The notes beneath the pieces are model-generated. The model was given only the letters and a program-made list of their open reading frames with translations. It was not told the origin of the DNA and searched no databases. From IMG/VR virus record IMGVR_UViG_3300029305_005280: a stretch of 64,000 nt of DNA, one strand, 5' to 3'. Source of the stretch: a virus (taxonomy: Duplodnaviria > Caudoviricetes). A program made the position numbers and the translations under genes. This document shows positions 19,835 to 28,740 of the stretch, in pieces. Positions within the stretch are counted from its first letter, which is position 1. Every line of letters starts with the position of its first letter.

Positions 19835-20959
19835 ATGATTATTAGAACAGAATTGCTACAGGATTCCTGTGCAAAAATTCTTAGCGCAGTTGACTCGAAT
19901 GTTCTTTCTGCAGTAACTGAAACTCTTGAGATTAGTGCTTCCGACGGTGTATTTACAATGGCAGTAACTAACAGAGAATATTTTGTGGAAATTAAGATGG
20001 ACATCGAAGTTGCTGAAACATTCCACGCAACCGTTAATGCAAATCTTTTCCTAAAACTTATTGCAAAGGTAACCTCTGAAACAATTGAATTGAATACAAA
20101 TGGTAATTCTTTACATATCAAGTGTAATGGTGATTATAAGATTCCTCTTATCTATGATGGAGAAGCACTTATGGAATTACCTCGCATTAGCATTGAAGAA
20201 GTAAACGAAACTATTGACGTCGATAGTTCTATTCTTCGTTCTCTTGTGAATTACAATAGCAAGGAATTAGGTAAAGGGACAATTTCTAAACCAATTCAAC
20301 GTCTCTATTATGTTGATAAAGAGGGAGCTATTACTTTTACAACTGGTGCGTGTGTTAATAAGTTTGATATTCCGATGACTTCAAAACTTCTTCTTAATGA
20401 TAAACTTGTTAAGTTGTTTAAGTTGTTTAAGGATACAAAAGTTAAGATGACTGTTGGTCATAATAAGATTAACAATGATACTTTCGCAACTGTTGTTTCA
20501 TTTGAAGCACCTGGTGTGTATATTACAGCAGCCCTTAGTTGTGACGATAGTATGTTTGTATCATATCCTGTTGACCCTGTTAGAGGTCGTGCAAATTCAG
20601 TATATCCTTACGCTGTTGCAGTTAACAAAGATACCCTACTTCAGACCATTGATAGATTGATGCTATTCAATCAGACTTCAAGTAAAGCCGATTTCTCACA
20701 GGCAATTGTAAAACTTGAATTTGGAAGTGATGCAGTTGTTGTGTCAGACCGTATGGGAATCAACAAAGAAGAAATCCCATATAGCAAATCAATTGAAGGA
20801 ATTGATACATATAGCGCACTTATTGACAGTGGCGACCTAACCAAAACACTTGCAAGTTGCGTAAATCAGTTTGTAAATATTGCTTTTGGCAATAGTCAAG
20901 CATTTGTACTATCAGAGGGAATGATTAAGTGGGTAATTCCCGAATGCACTGAGGCCTAA
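19835..20959 (+). CDS. dnaN: DNA polymerase III beta-type sliding clamp
   Basis: 374 aa with the three-domain beta-clamp pattern ('FTMAVTNREYFV', 'LFLKLIAKV', 'YPVDP...VNKDTLLQTIDRL'); clamp-loader genes are present. Confidence 0.8.
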   Translation: MIIRTELLQDSCAKILSAVDSNVLSAVTETLEISASDGVFTMAVTNREYFVEIKMDIEVAETFHATVNANLFLKLIAKVTSETIELNTNGNSLHIKCNGDYKIPLIYDGEALMELPRISIEEVNETIDVDSSILRSLVNYNSKELGKGTISKPIQRLYYVDKEGAITFTTGACVNKFDIPMTSKLLLNDKLVKLFKLFKDTKVKMTVGHNKINNDTFATVVSFEAPGVYITAALSCDDSMFVSYPVDPVRGRANSVYPYAVAVNKDTLLQTIDRLMLFNQTSSKADFSQAIVKLEFGSDAVVVSDRMGINKEEIPYSKSIEGIDTYSALIDSGDLTKTLASCVNQFVNIAFGNSQAFVLSEGMIKWVIPECTEA

Positions 20960-21430
20960 GTGGCTCAAAATAGAGGAAAGGTGTTTGAGGAGAAAGTAAA
21001 ACAGGACCTCCTCAAACTGCCTGATATTTGTGTTGAACGACTTCCAGACCAGATGTCAGGATTTAAAGGTTCAAAAAATGTATGTGATTTTGAAGCTTAT
21101 TGGTACCCACATCTATATTATCTTGAATGTAAAACAACACACGAAAATACATTTGCTCTGTCAGCTTTAACTCAATATGATAAGCTACTTGAGAGAAAAG
21201 GTAAAAAAGGTGTTAGGTCTGGAGTTATGCTATGGTTCATAAAACATGATAAAGTTTGTTATGTTCCAATAGCAACATTTGAAAAGTTAAAAAATGATGG
21301 TAAGAAATCTGTAAACATTAAGATGTTGGGAACGGATGAATACCGAATAATTGAGATACCCGCTGTAAAGAAAAGAGTTTTTCTTGACTGCGATTTTAAT
21401 ATATTAAAACAATTGCAGGAGGGTGATTGA
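20960..21430 (+). CDS. recU: RecU-like Holliday junction resolvase
   Basis: NRGKVFE, CDF, LECKTT and Q motifs. Confidence 0.8.
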   Translation: MAQNRGKVFEEKVKQDLLKLPDICVERLPDQMSGFKGSKNVCDFEAYWYPHLYYLECKTTHENTFALSALTQYDKLLERKGKKGVRSGVMLWFIKHDKVCYVPIATFEKLKNDGKKSVNIKMLGTDEYRIIEIPAVKKRVFLDCDFNILKQLQEGD

Positions 21431-21984
21431 TGTACATAAATTCAGAATTTGATTCTTGGGTTAAGCAGAATGTAAATAATATGGATTATGCTGTAATTGA
21501 ACCTCCTTGTTTAAATAGGGGTCAGTATTCTTACATATGGTCAAACATAGGGCTTATTGATATTTTTCAGACATTTGATATTAAGTATCTATTTATGTGG
21601 GTAGATGTTAATACGCTACCAAGGCTGTTTACCGTTTATCAAGAATCGGATTATGAGTTCAAAGCATTACTTCCGTGGGTAAAGATTACAAAAACTGATA
21701 ATCTTTTTTATACTTTAACCAACACACTTAAAAGTAATGTTGAATATCTTGCAGTATTTCAGAAACCGAATGTTCCAAAGTTAAAATTTAATGATAAGAA
21801 CATTATTGTTGATGAACAAGATTCATACACTCATAAACCAAAAAAGTGGGAAGAATACTTACAGAAGCAATTATCTTATAGCGGTTTAGAAGGAATCTAT
21901 ATCCATTCAAATGGTGACTATGAGAGGTTGATTTCAATTAACCAGGACGATGAACCTAAAGTTCATAAAACCGAATTATTTTAG
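21427..21984 (+). CDS. MT-A70-family methyltransferase-like protein with degenerate catalytic motif (EPPC)
   Basis: VIEPPC...YLFMWV...LPWVK...NVEYLAVF...THKP follows the MT-A70 motif order. Confidence 0.6.
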   Translation: MMYINSEFDSWVKQNVNNMDYAVIEPPCLNRGQYSYIWSNIGLIDIFQTFDIKYLFMWVDVNTLPRLFTVYQESDYEFKALLPWVKITKTDNLFYTLTNTLKSNVEYLAVFQKPNVPKLKFNDKNIIVDEQDSYTHKPKKWEEYLQKQLSYSGLEGIYIHSNGDYERLISINQDDEPKVHKTELF

Positions 21985-21995
21985 GAGAATGAAGA

Positions 21996-22481
21996 ATGAA
22001 AGCAAATGTTGAAGCTGCTCTATCAAACATTGATACAACTTATGCAGAGTTGATTGAAATTGCAAATGATGTTTTTGCAAACACAACTGCAGAATTAGAC
22101 GTAATTCTTGAACAAGCGTACAATGATATTGAGACAATGACAAATGATAAGTTGCGTGATTATATGACTCGTTTGTCATTGAAAGCATATTCATTTAGTG
22201 AAGTAAAAGAAAAATCTGCATTTAAAGCTGCCTTAGCCGAAACAATTAGAAAGCAAGCTTATGCAGTTCAGTTTAATGAAGCTGCAGGCACTGTTGGTGC
22301 AAAAGAAAATGCAGCTATTTTAAATACATCTGCTGAAATACTTGCAGATGAAATTCATACCCTTATTTCTAATATGTTGAAAACAAAATTAGATGAAGCA
22401 CATAGAGTTGTAAATACTTTACAAACAGTGTTGATGACTCGTATGCAGGAAGCTAAGATGGTTTCCGAAGTAATTTCGTAA
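21996..22481 (+). CDS. Helical protein, possible UvsY-like recombination mediator
   Basis: All-alpha coiled-coil character and position directly upstream of recA; function is an inference. Confidence 0.4.
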   Translation: MKANVEAALSNIDTTYAELIEIANDVFANTTAELDVILEQAYNDIETMTNDKLRDYMTRLSLKAYSFSEVKEKSAFKAALAETIRKQAYAVQFNEAAGTVGAKENAAILNTSAEILADEIHTLISNMLKTKLDEAHRVVNTLQTVLMTRMQEAKMVSEVIS

Positions 22482-22493
22482 AGGACAGATTAT

Positions 22494-23666
22494 ATGGCAA
22501 GTGTACTTGAAGTAGCAAAAAAGCTTAATCGTGCATATAAGAATGATAAGTTAGCAATTACAGCTGATGTAATGCCATCTTATCGTAGATTACCTTGTAA
22601 TGACCTCGGTGTAGATTTTCCGTTATATGGTGGTCTTCCTTATGGCAGAATTGTAACTGTGTCAGGAAAAGAGCACTCGGGAAAAACAACAGCAGCTTGT
22701 GTATTTCTTGCAGCATATCAGAGAGCTAATCCTGATAAAACAAGTGTATTTGTTGATGTTGAACACTCACTTGATAAAACATTCCAAGCTGCAATGACAG
22801 GTTTAGATTTGACAAAACTCCTATATGTTAATCCTGATGGTATGTCAGGTGAACAGATTATGGAGACAATTATTGAGCTGCAGGATTCTGATGACATTGG
22901 AATGATTGTTATGGACTCAATTGCAGCACTTGTATCTTCACGAGATTATGACTCAGATATGGAAAAAGATAATGGTATGGCTGCAAGTATCGCAAAACCT
23001 CTTGCAAAGTTTATTCGTAAAATGCTGGACACCTTATCAACAAAAGAGAATATTTTGTTATTGATTAATCAGGTAAGACAGGTGGGCACAACATTTACAG
23101 GGGCTGCTATCTATGATGAACCTGGTGGTCATGCACCTAAATACTATGCATCAATCAAGTTAAGATTTGGAACACGAACATTCACACAGGGCGATAAAGT
23201 GGATTGTCGTGATGGTGAAAATGCAGATGGATTTAGACTTTCATTTGCAACAACAAAGAATAAAACTGCTTCTACTCAAAGGGGTGGCGGTTTCTTAACA
23301 TTTAGATACGATACTGGTCTTGATTGGGCATTTGATTTGCTTGAAGTTGCAATCAAATATGAGTTTATTAGTAGACCTAACTCCATGACTTATATTCTTA
23401 TGAATTTGGAAACGGGTGAGCCTTATACCGACGAAAATGATAATCCGCTAAAATTTGTTGGAAAGCAAAAACTAAAAGACTTTCTTGCAGAAAATCCTGA
23501 TTTTCAAGTAAAATATCTTGAGATGTTAAATAGACATATTCAGGCTACAGCTAATGATTATGGAAGTCTTCTTGATGCAAGAGTACTCGCAGAAATCAAA
23601 GCAGAAGAATCAGCAGTTAAGAATAATGATATTGATGAGGAGTCAAATACTAATGCCCCAGCGTAG
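22494..23666 (+). CDS. recA: RecA/UvsX recombinase
   Basis: GGLPYGRI, GKEHSGKTT, VDVEHSLD, DSIAAL, INQVR, PGGHAPKYYAS and KNK. Confidence 0.93.
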   Translation: MASVLEVAKKLNRAYKNDKLAITADVMPSYRRLPCNDLGVDFPLYGGLPYGRIVTVSGKEHSGKTTAACVFLAAYQRANPDKTSVFVDVEHSLDKTFQAAMTGLDLTKLLYVNPDGMSGEQIMETIIELQDSDDIGMIVMDSIAALVSSRDYDSDMEKDNGMAASIAKPLAKFIRKMLDTLSTKENILLLINQVRQVGTTFTGAAIYDEPGGHAPKYYASIKLRFGTRTFTQGDKVDCRDGENADGFRLSFATTKNKTASTQRGGGFLTFRYDTGLDWAFDLLEVAIKYEFISRPNSMTYILMNLETGEPYTDENDNPLKFVGKQKLKDFLAENPDFQVKYLEMLNRHIQATANDYGSLLDARVLAEIKAEESAVKNNDIDEESNTNAPA

Positions 23667-24003
23667 GCAAAGAATAGATAAAGTAGGTCCTACAAGACAA
23701 TATTCAAAAAAACAAGAAAGTAAGGTAGCTTCACGGTTCAATGGTGATAGAACTCTAAATAGTGGAGCTACCCCCATTCAAAAGGGCGACGTATTATTAG
23801 ATAAGTTTCTTCTTGAGTGTAAAACCAAAGTTAAGCCTTCAACATCAATTGGCATACAAAAAGAATGGCTTGAAAAGAATGAAAAAGAAGCACTATTTAT
23901 GGGAAAACCTTATTCAGCTCTTGTTTTTAATTTTGGGCCTGATGAAAAGAATTATTATGTAATTGACGAGTATCTATTTGAAACACTTGTTAATTCACTT
24001 TAG
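23653..24003 (+). CDS. PD-(D/E)XK nuclease, Holliday-junction-resolvase-like
   Basis: QE...SGA...KGDV...LECK; start placed at ATG 23653. Confidence 0.7.
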   Translation: MPQRRQRIDKVGPTRQYSKKQESKVASRFNGDRTLNSGATPIQKGDVLLDKFLLECKTKVKPSTSIGIQKEWLEKNEKEALFMGKPYSALVFNFGPDEKNYYVIDEYLFETLVNSL

Positions 24004-24013
24004 AGGTGTGGTA

Positions 24014-24811
24014 ATGGATATTGATTCAATTTTAATATGGCAGAAGTTTAATTGCTATAATTTTGTTGAGAGTACTCATTCATATTATTATAACGGAAAT
24101 AAAGTTAAACATTCTGTCACAGGATTTATTGACAGATTTTTTGAGCCTTTTGATTCTGAAACTATTAGTAAAAAATATGCTGCAAAACATGGTCTCGAGC
24201 AAAAAGATGTGTTAGATGAGTGGAAAAGAAAAGGTGATATTTCCGCTACAGCAGGTACTATTATTCATAGTTTTATGGAAAATGCAAAAAGAGGTAAAAC
24301 CTTTGATATTGATTATTCTCAAGCAGTAAAGCAAGGTATCTATGAAGAAGTAAAGGAAAGAGTTGAAATTCTACTTCCACAGGCAAAAGCATTTCACGAA
24401 GATACTGTTGGTAAGTTATATCCTATTCATCTTGAATATACAGTTGGTATCAAAGATATAATAGCTGGCAATATTGATATGTTGTGTTGGAATGCTTATG
24501 CTCAAGAATTTCAAATCTGGGACTATAAAAATCTAAAAGAATTTACAACAACAAATTATTTTAATAAGTGGGCGAAAGAATCATTTGCTCATTTACCTGA
24601 CTCAAGTTTAACACACTATTCAATTCAGTTGAATATGTATAAAGCAATAATTCAAAGAGAGTTAGGAATACCTATTGGTGGATGTTATCTTGTGCATTTC
24701 GATTATGTTAATCCTGATGCACAGTTTAAAGTATATAATTGTTTAGATTTACAAAAACAATGTAATGTTGAACTTGACAAGTTGATTCAGGAGGAAACTG
24801 TTAATGGATGA
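24014..24811 (+). CDS. PD-(D/E)XK (Cas4/RecB-like) exonuclease
   Basis: SVT, GTIIH, E, AGNID, DYK and YSIQLNMY. Confidence 0.8.
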   Translation: MDIDSILIWQKFNCYNFVESTHSYYYNGNKVKHSVTGFIDRFFEPFDSETISKKYAAKHGLEQKDVLDEWKRKGDISATAGTIIHSFMENAKRGKTFDIDYSQAVKQGIYEEVKERVEILLPQAKAFHEDTVGKLYPIHLEYTVGIKDIIAGNIDMLCWNAYAQEFQIWDYKNLKEFTTTNYFNKWAKESFAHLPDSSLTHYSIQLNMYKAIIQRELGIPIGGCYLVHFDYVNPDAQFKVYNCLDLQKQCNVELDKLIQEETVNG

Positions 24812-25331
24812 TAAAATGCGTGATGATTATAATGAGTATTTAACACAACATATTGGAAATGTTAAAATAGGATTTGATTGGTTATGCAAGAATCTCTCAG
24901 AATTATTTGATGGATATGATGCTGATTATTTAGGTAGTATCATTTCAAATCATGATGCATCTAAATATGATGATGAAGAATACTATGCATATTGTGAGTA
25001 TTTTTATGGAAAGAAAACAAAAGAGGTAAATGATGAATTTGATGTTGCTTGGTTGCATCATCAACATTGTAATCCACATCACTGGCAGCATTGGTTGCTT
25101 AGAGAAGATGACGGTGGTAATAAGGCTCTTGAAATGCCATATGAGTACATCATTGAAATGGTTTGTGACCATTGGGCCTTTAGTTGGGCAAAAAATGATT
25201 TGTATGAAATTTTTAATTGGTACAAGAATAATAAATCTAAGATGCTTCTTCACAAAAATACTCAATCAACCTATGAGGATATTTTACATAAGTTAAAAAC
25301 AAAACTGGATGAAATTCATAGTCAGAAGTAA
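24804..25331 (+). CDS. HD-superfamily phosphohydrolase (DUF5662-like)
   Basis: H...HDASK...AWLHHQHCNPHHWQHW...EMVCDHW. Confidence 0.7.
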   Translation: MDDKMRDDYNEYLTQHIGNVKIGFDWLCKNLSELFDGYDADYLGSIISNHDASKYDDEEYYAYCEYFYGKKTKEVNDEFDVAWLHHQHCNPHHWQHWLLREDDGGNKALEMPYEYIIEMVCDHWAFSWAKNDLYEIFNWYKNNKSKMLLHKNTQSTYEDILHKLKTKLDEIHSQK

Positions 25332-25335
25332 GGGA

Positions 25336-25367
25336 TAGTTGAAATAATCTTACTTCTACTATATAAT
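25336..25367 (+). promoter_or_regulatory. Sigma-A-type phage promoter
   Basis: TAG-TTGAAA-N17-TATAAT. Confidence 0.75.
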
Positions 25368-25403
25368 ATAAATGTAAAGAAAATAAACTTTACGGAATAC
25401 ATA

Positions 25404-25772
25404 ATGAAAGAGGATTCAAAGATGGCAAAGAAGATTACTGACAAAAGAAAAATTGAACTGCTCACAATGACTGATGACGCATTGGATGCAACAGTTAAGA
25501 TTCAGGGAACTGAATTTGACCGTAAGAGAAAAGTTGCTCCTGCAACCCTCAAGAAAATGGCTTCAATGTATAAAAAGAAGTCAAGCATTTCTGAAATTGC
25601 AAATAAGCTGGGACTTAATTATCTAACAGTTCGTTATAACGTTGACCCTGTGTTTAAGGCAGAGTTCAATGCAAAGCGTGATGGTAAGCATACAGGAAAA
25701 GATAATATTACTATTAAGGACCGCGTAGCTTATAAGCGTTCTTTGGTTGCTGCTGGCAAAGTAACAGCGTAA
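25404..25772 (+). CDS. Basic HTH DNA-binding protein
   Basis: HTH 'SISEIANKLGLNYLTVRY'; has its own promoter and terminator. Confidence 0.65.
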   Translation: MKEDSKMAKKITDKRKIELLTMTDDALDATVKIQGTEFDRKRKVAPATLKKMASMYKKKSSISEIANKLGLNYLTVRYNVDPVFKAEFNAKRDGKHTGKDNITIKDRVAYKRSLVAAGKVTA

Positions 25773-25787
25773 TATACATATAAGATA

Positions 25788-25830
25788 TAAGCTATGAGCC
25801 TTGTGCTAAGGCTCATAGCTTAGTTATTTT
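25788..25830 (+). terminator. Terminator hairpin
   Basis: 15-bp perfect stem taagctatgagcctt/aaggctcatagctta. Confidence 0.75.
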
Positions 25831-25844
25831 AAGGAGATAGCTAT

Positions 25845-26492
25845 ATGGCTTTAACTGAACAAGAAGTTCTTTCAAACAAAGATGAATTTATTACTTTACT
25901 CAAATCAATCAAGCGTGAAAATGCACTTATTGCTGAGTTAATCGAAAAACTTGAAAATTCTGACTTTTTTGTAGCACCTGCTTCAACAAAATATCATTCA
26001 AATTTTGAAGGTGGACTCTGTCAACATTCTTTGAATGTTTACTATAACCTCCTTCATCTTGTTGAAAAGAAACAAGGGCTTGATGCTGCTTGTTACGATG
26101 ATGATTCATTGAAAATTGTTGGTTTATTACATGATATCAGTAAGATGAACACATATGAAAGATATGTTAAGAATAATAAAGTTTACAAACCCGACGGCAA
26201 GCAGTATGATAATCTTGGAAGATATGAATGGATTCCTTCACTGGAATGGAAGCGTAAAGAAAAAACATTTGTATATGGTTCTCATGAATGTTCCTCAGAA
26301 TTTATTACACGCCAGTATATCCCTCTAACTTTAGATGAAAGTGTAGCTATTCTTCATCATATGGGAAGTATGTCCTGGGATAGTGCAAAGGACAATATTG
26401 GAGAAGTGTTTAATCAATATCCTTTAGCGTTGATGTTATACATGGCTGATATGATGAGTTCATATATCGACGAAGGAACACGTAATGAATGA
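25845..26492 (+). CDS. HD-domain phosphohydrolase
   Basis: APASTKYH...GGLCQHSLNV...LLHDISK...H...HHMG...AD. Confidence 0.85.
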   Translation: MALTEQEVLSNKDEFITLLKSIKRENALIAELIEKLENSDFFVAPASTKYHSNFEGGLCQHSLNVYYNLLHLVEKKQGLDAACYDDDSLKIVGLLHDISKMNTYERYVKNNKVYKPDGKQYDNLGRYEWIPSLEWKRKEKTFVYGSHECSSEFITRQYIPLTLDESVAILHHMGSMSWDSAKDNIGEVFNQYPLALMLYMADMMSSYIDEGTRNE

Positions 26493-26859
26493 TGTAGTAA
26501 AAAGGGAGTTAGAGAAAGTTAGGGCTCCTTTGCCCGATTATAACGACGACACATCTGTTATAAAAATTCCTAAACATAGCAATATCATTGAAGACCCATA
26601 TGTAAAAGGGTTGTGTTGTATTCTTCAACTTGCTCCCTATATTCTTAAGGAACCTCCAAATTTTTCATTGTCTTCAAATTGGAATAAAGGAATTGTTCCT
26701 GTTAGTGAGTATCTAAAGATTGAAATAGTTGATGTTTATGGTAACATGATAAAGGTGGATGGTATTGGGTTTGAGTATGAAACTCAAACAGACAAACAGG
26801 ATTCATATCTAGGTCTATGGTTACCAAAAGAAGGAACTCATATTGTTGCAAAATTATAG
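26485..26859 (+). CDS. Hypothetical protein
   Basis: Translationally coupled ORF. Confidence 0.55.
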   Translation: MNDVVKRELEKVRAPLPDYNDDTSVIKIPKHSNIIEDPYVKGLCCILQLAPYILKEPPNFSLSSNWNKGIVPVSEYLKIEIVDVYGNMIKVDGIGFEYETQTDKQDSYLGLWLPKEGTHIVAKL

Positions 26860-26894
26860 GGTTAGTTGAATTTCCGACTAACCCTATTTATAAT
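26856..26894 (+). promoter_or_regulatory. Promoter (TAG-TTGAAT-N17-TATAAT) superimposed on a hairpin
   Basis: The inverted repeat atagggttagttg/cgactaaccctat contains the -35 box. Confidence 0.65.
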
Positions 26895-26925
26895 ATAATA
26901 AAGAATAACTGTAAAGGAAAGATAA

Positions 26926-27948
26926 TTGATGGCTGAATCATTAGCAGTTCGTTATCGTCCTAAAGATTTTACGGATGTTTGCGGACAAAGTTCAATCATA
27001 AAGATTCTTGAGCGACAAACACAGCTGCAAGAATACAAGCATACATATTTATTTACAGGGCCCTCAGGAACTGGTAAAACTACAATTGCAAGAATATTAG
27101 CAAGTAAAATAAATGGTAGTTTAGCAGGACTTGAGGAACTTGACGCTGCATCAAACAATGGTGTTGAGAATGTAAGAACGATTATCAAAGGAGCTCAGGA
27201 ACGGTCAATTAGTAGTAAGTATAAGATTTATATTATCGACGAATGTCACGCTCTAAGTAATCAGGCTTGGCAAGCATTTCTTAAATGCATTGAGGAACCT
27301 CCTGAGTTTACAATATTCATGTTTTGTACAACGGACCCTCAAAAAATTCCAAGTACTATTGTAAATAGATGCCAGCGTTATAATTTAAGTAAGATTAGTA
27401 CTGAGCAGATTAGAAGTCGTCTTGCATTTATCTGCCAGAAAGAGGGTTTTACTAATTATCAAGAAAGTATTGACTACATTGCAAAAATAAGTGATGGTGG
27501 TGCCCGTGATGCAATTTCAACTCTTGAAAAGGTAGCATCTTTGAGTACTGATATTAGTATCCAGAATACACTTGATGCTCTGGGTACGTATTCTTATGAT
27601 ATGTTTTTTGAATTGGTGAATAATATTATTGACAGTAATCAGGTAGAAGTAGCAAAAACAATTTCTACAATCTATCATAAAGGTAATGACTTGAAACTTT
27701 TTGTTGACCAATTCTTTAATTTTTGTTTGGATGTTACAAAATACTGTTTGTTTAAATCAACTGATATGATTGGTATTCCTTCAAGTCTTGAGGACAAACT
27801 ACAAGCAAGTGTAAATTTTGAGAATCCTGAAAAATATTACATGCACATTGTTGATAAACTTCTCGAGTTAAAAAATAGAATTAAAAATGACACATCAGTT
27901 AGAACAACAGTTGAAACAACATTCTTACATATATCAAGGTGGGAATAA
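26926..27948 (+). CDS. dnaX: Clamp loader ATPase subunit (DnaX gamma-like, lacking Zn module and tau C-terminus)
   Basis: LAVRYRP, GPSGTGKTT, ELDAASNNGV, IIDECH, LKCIEEPP, NRCQ and GGARDA. Confidence 0.92.
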   Translation: MMAESLAVRYRPKDFTDVCGQSSIIKILERQTQLQEYKHTYLFTGPSGTGKTTIARILASKINGSLAGLEELDAASNNGVENVRTIIKGAQERSISSKYKIYIIDECHALSNQAWQAFLKCIEEPPEFTIFMFCTTDPQKIPSTIVNRCQRYNLSKISTEQIRSRLAFICQKEGFTNYQESIDYIAKISDGGARDAISTLEKVASLSTDISIQNTLDALGTYSYDMFFELVNNIIDSNQVEVAKTISTIYHKGNDLKLFVDQFFNFCLDVTKYCLFKSTDMIGIPSSLEDKLQASVNFENPEKYYMHIVDKLLELKNRIKNDTSVRTTVETTFLHISRWE

Positions 27949-28740
27949 ATGGTTGGTCAGGTAAAATTATTACAGCTTATAGATAGATATATTGATACAG
28001 GAACATTACCAAGAACTTTACTCTTTGAGGGTGACTATGGTTGTGGTAAGCATACTGTGACTTCATACATTTCGGAAAAATTAGGTCTTCCTGTTTTAGA
28101 CATAACGGAAACATTATCATTGGAAGTGTTGGAGCAGATTACTCTGAAACCGGTTCCTCAAATATATTTAATCAATAGCAGCAGCATATCTGTAAAAGAG
28201 CAAAATATGATATTGAAGTTTCTTGAGGAACCATTAAAAAATTCATATATCATTATACTTGCTGAAACGAAAACACAATTGTTAAACACTGTAATCAATA
28301 GATGTGTCAGTCTAAGTTTCGAGAAGTATACAAAGGAAGAGCTTCTTGAATTTTGCACAAGCTCCAATACAGATATACTAGAGTTTGCAGATACACCCGG
28401 TCGTGTTAGGTTGTTTGAACAGCATCCTGTGACTGAAATGAAATCATTTTGTGAGAAGATATTTTTACAAATTAGTATTGCAAATTATTCAAATATACTA
28501 ACAATTCCTAATCGTATTAACTTCAAGGACAATGATAAGTTGTTTGATTTCAATGTTTTTGTTTTCGTGCTTATTCATGTTGCCATGAATCTATATATTA
28601 AAGGAATGATTCCATATAAAGCATATCTAGTGACTGATGAGTTTTACAATGATACAAAGATTCCGCATATAAATAAACTACAGCTGTTTGAGCATTATTT
28701 GTTTAGGCTTAAACTGGTTTATGAGGAGGCTAGTAAATGA
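27949..28740 (+). CDS. holB: Clamp loader delta-prime subunit
   Basis: LLFEGDYGCGK, QNMILKFLEEP and LLNTVINRC. Confidence 0.82.
   Translation: MVGQVKLLQLIDRYIDTGTLPRTLLFEGDYGCGKHTVTSYISEKLGLPVLDITETLSLEVLEQITLKPVPQIYLINSSSISVKEQNMILKFLEEPLKNSYIIILAETKTQLLNTVINRCVSLSFEKYTKEELLEFCTSSNTDILEFADTPGRVRLFEQHPVTEMKSFCEKIFLQISIANYSNILTIPNRINFKDNDKLFDFNVFVFVLIHVAMNLYIKGMIPYKAYLVTDEFYNDTKIPHINKLQLFEHYLFRLKLVYEEASK

Noticed and set aside
24014-24811. CRISPR-Cas (Cas4-like nuclease)
   Set aside because: There is no repeat-spacer array or other cas gene; stand-alone PD-(D/E)XK nucleases are common in phages.
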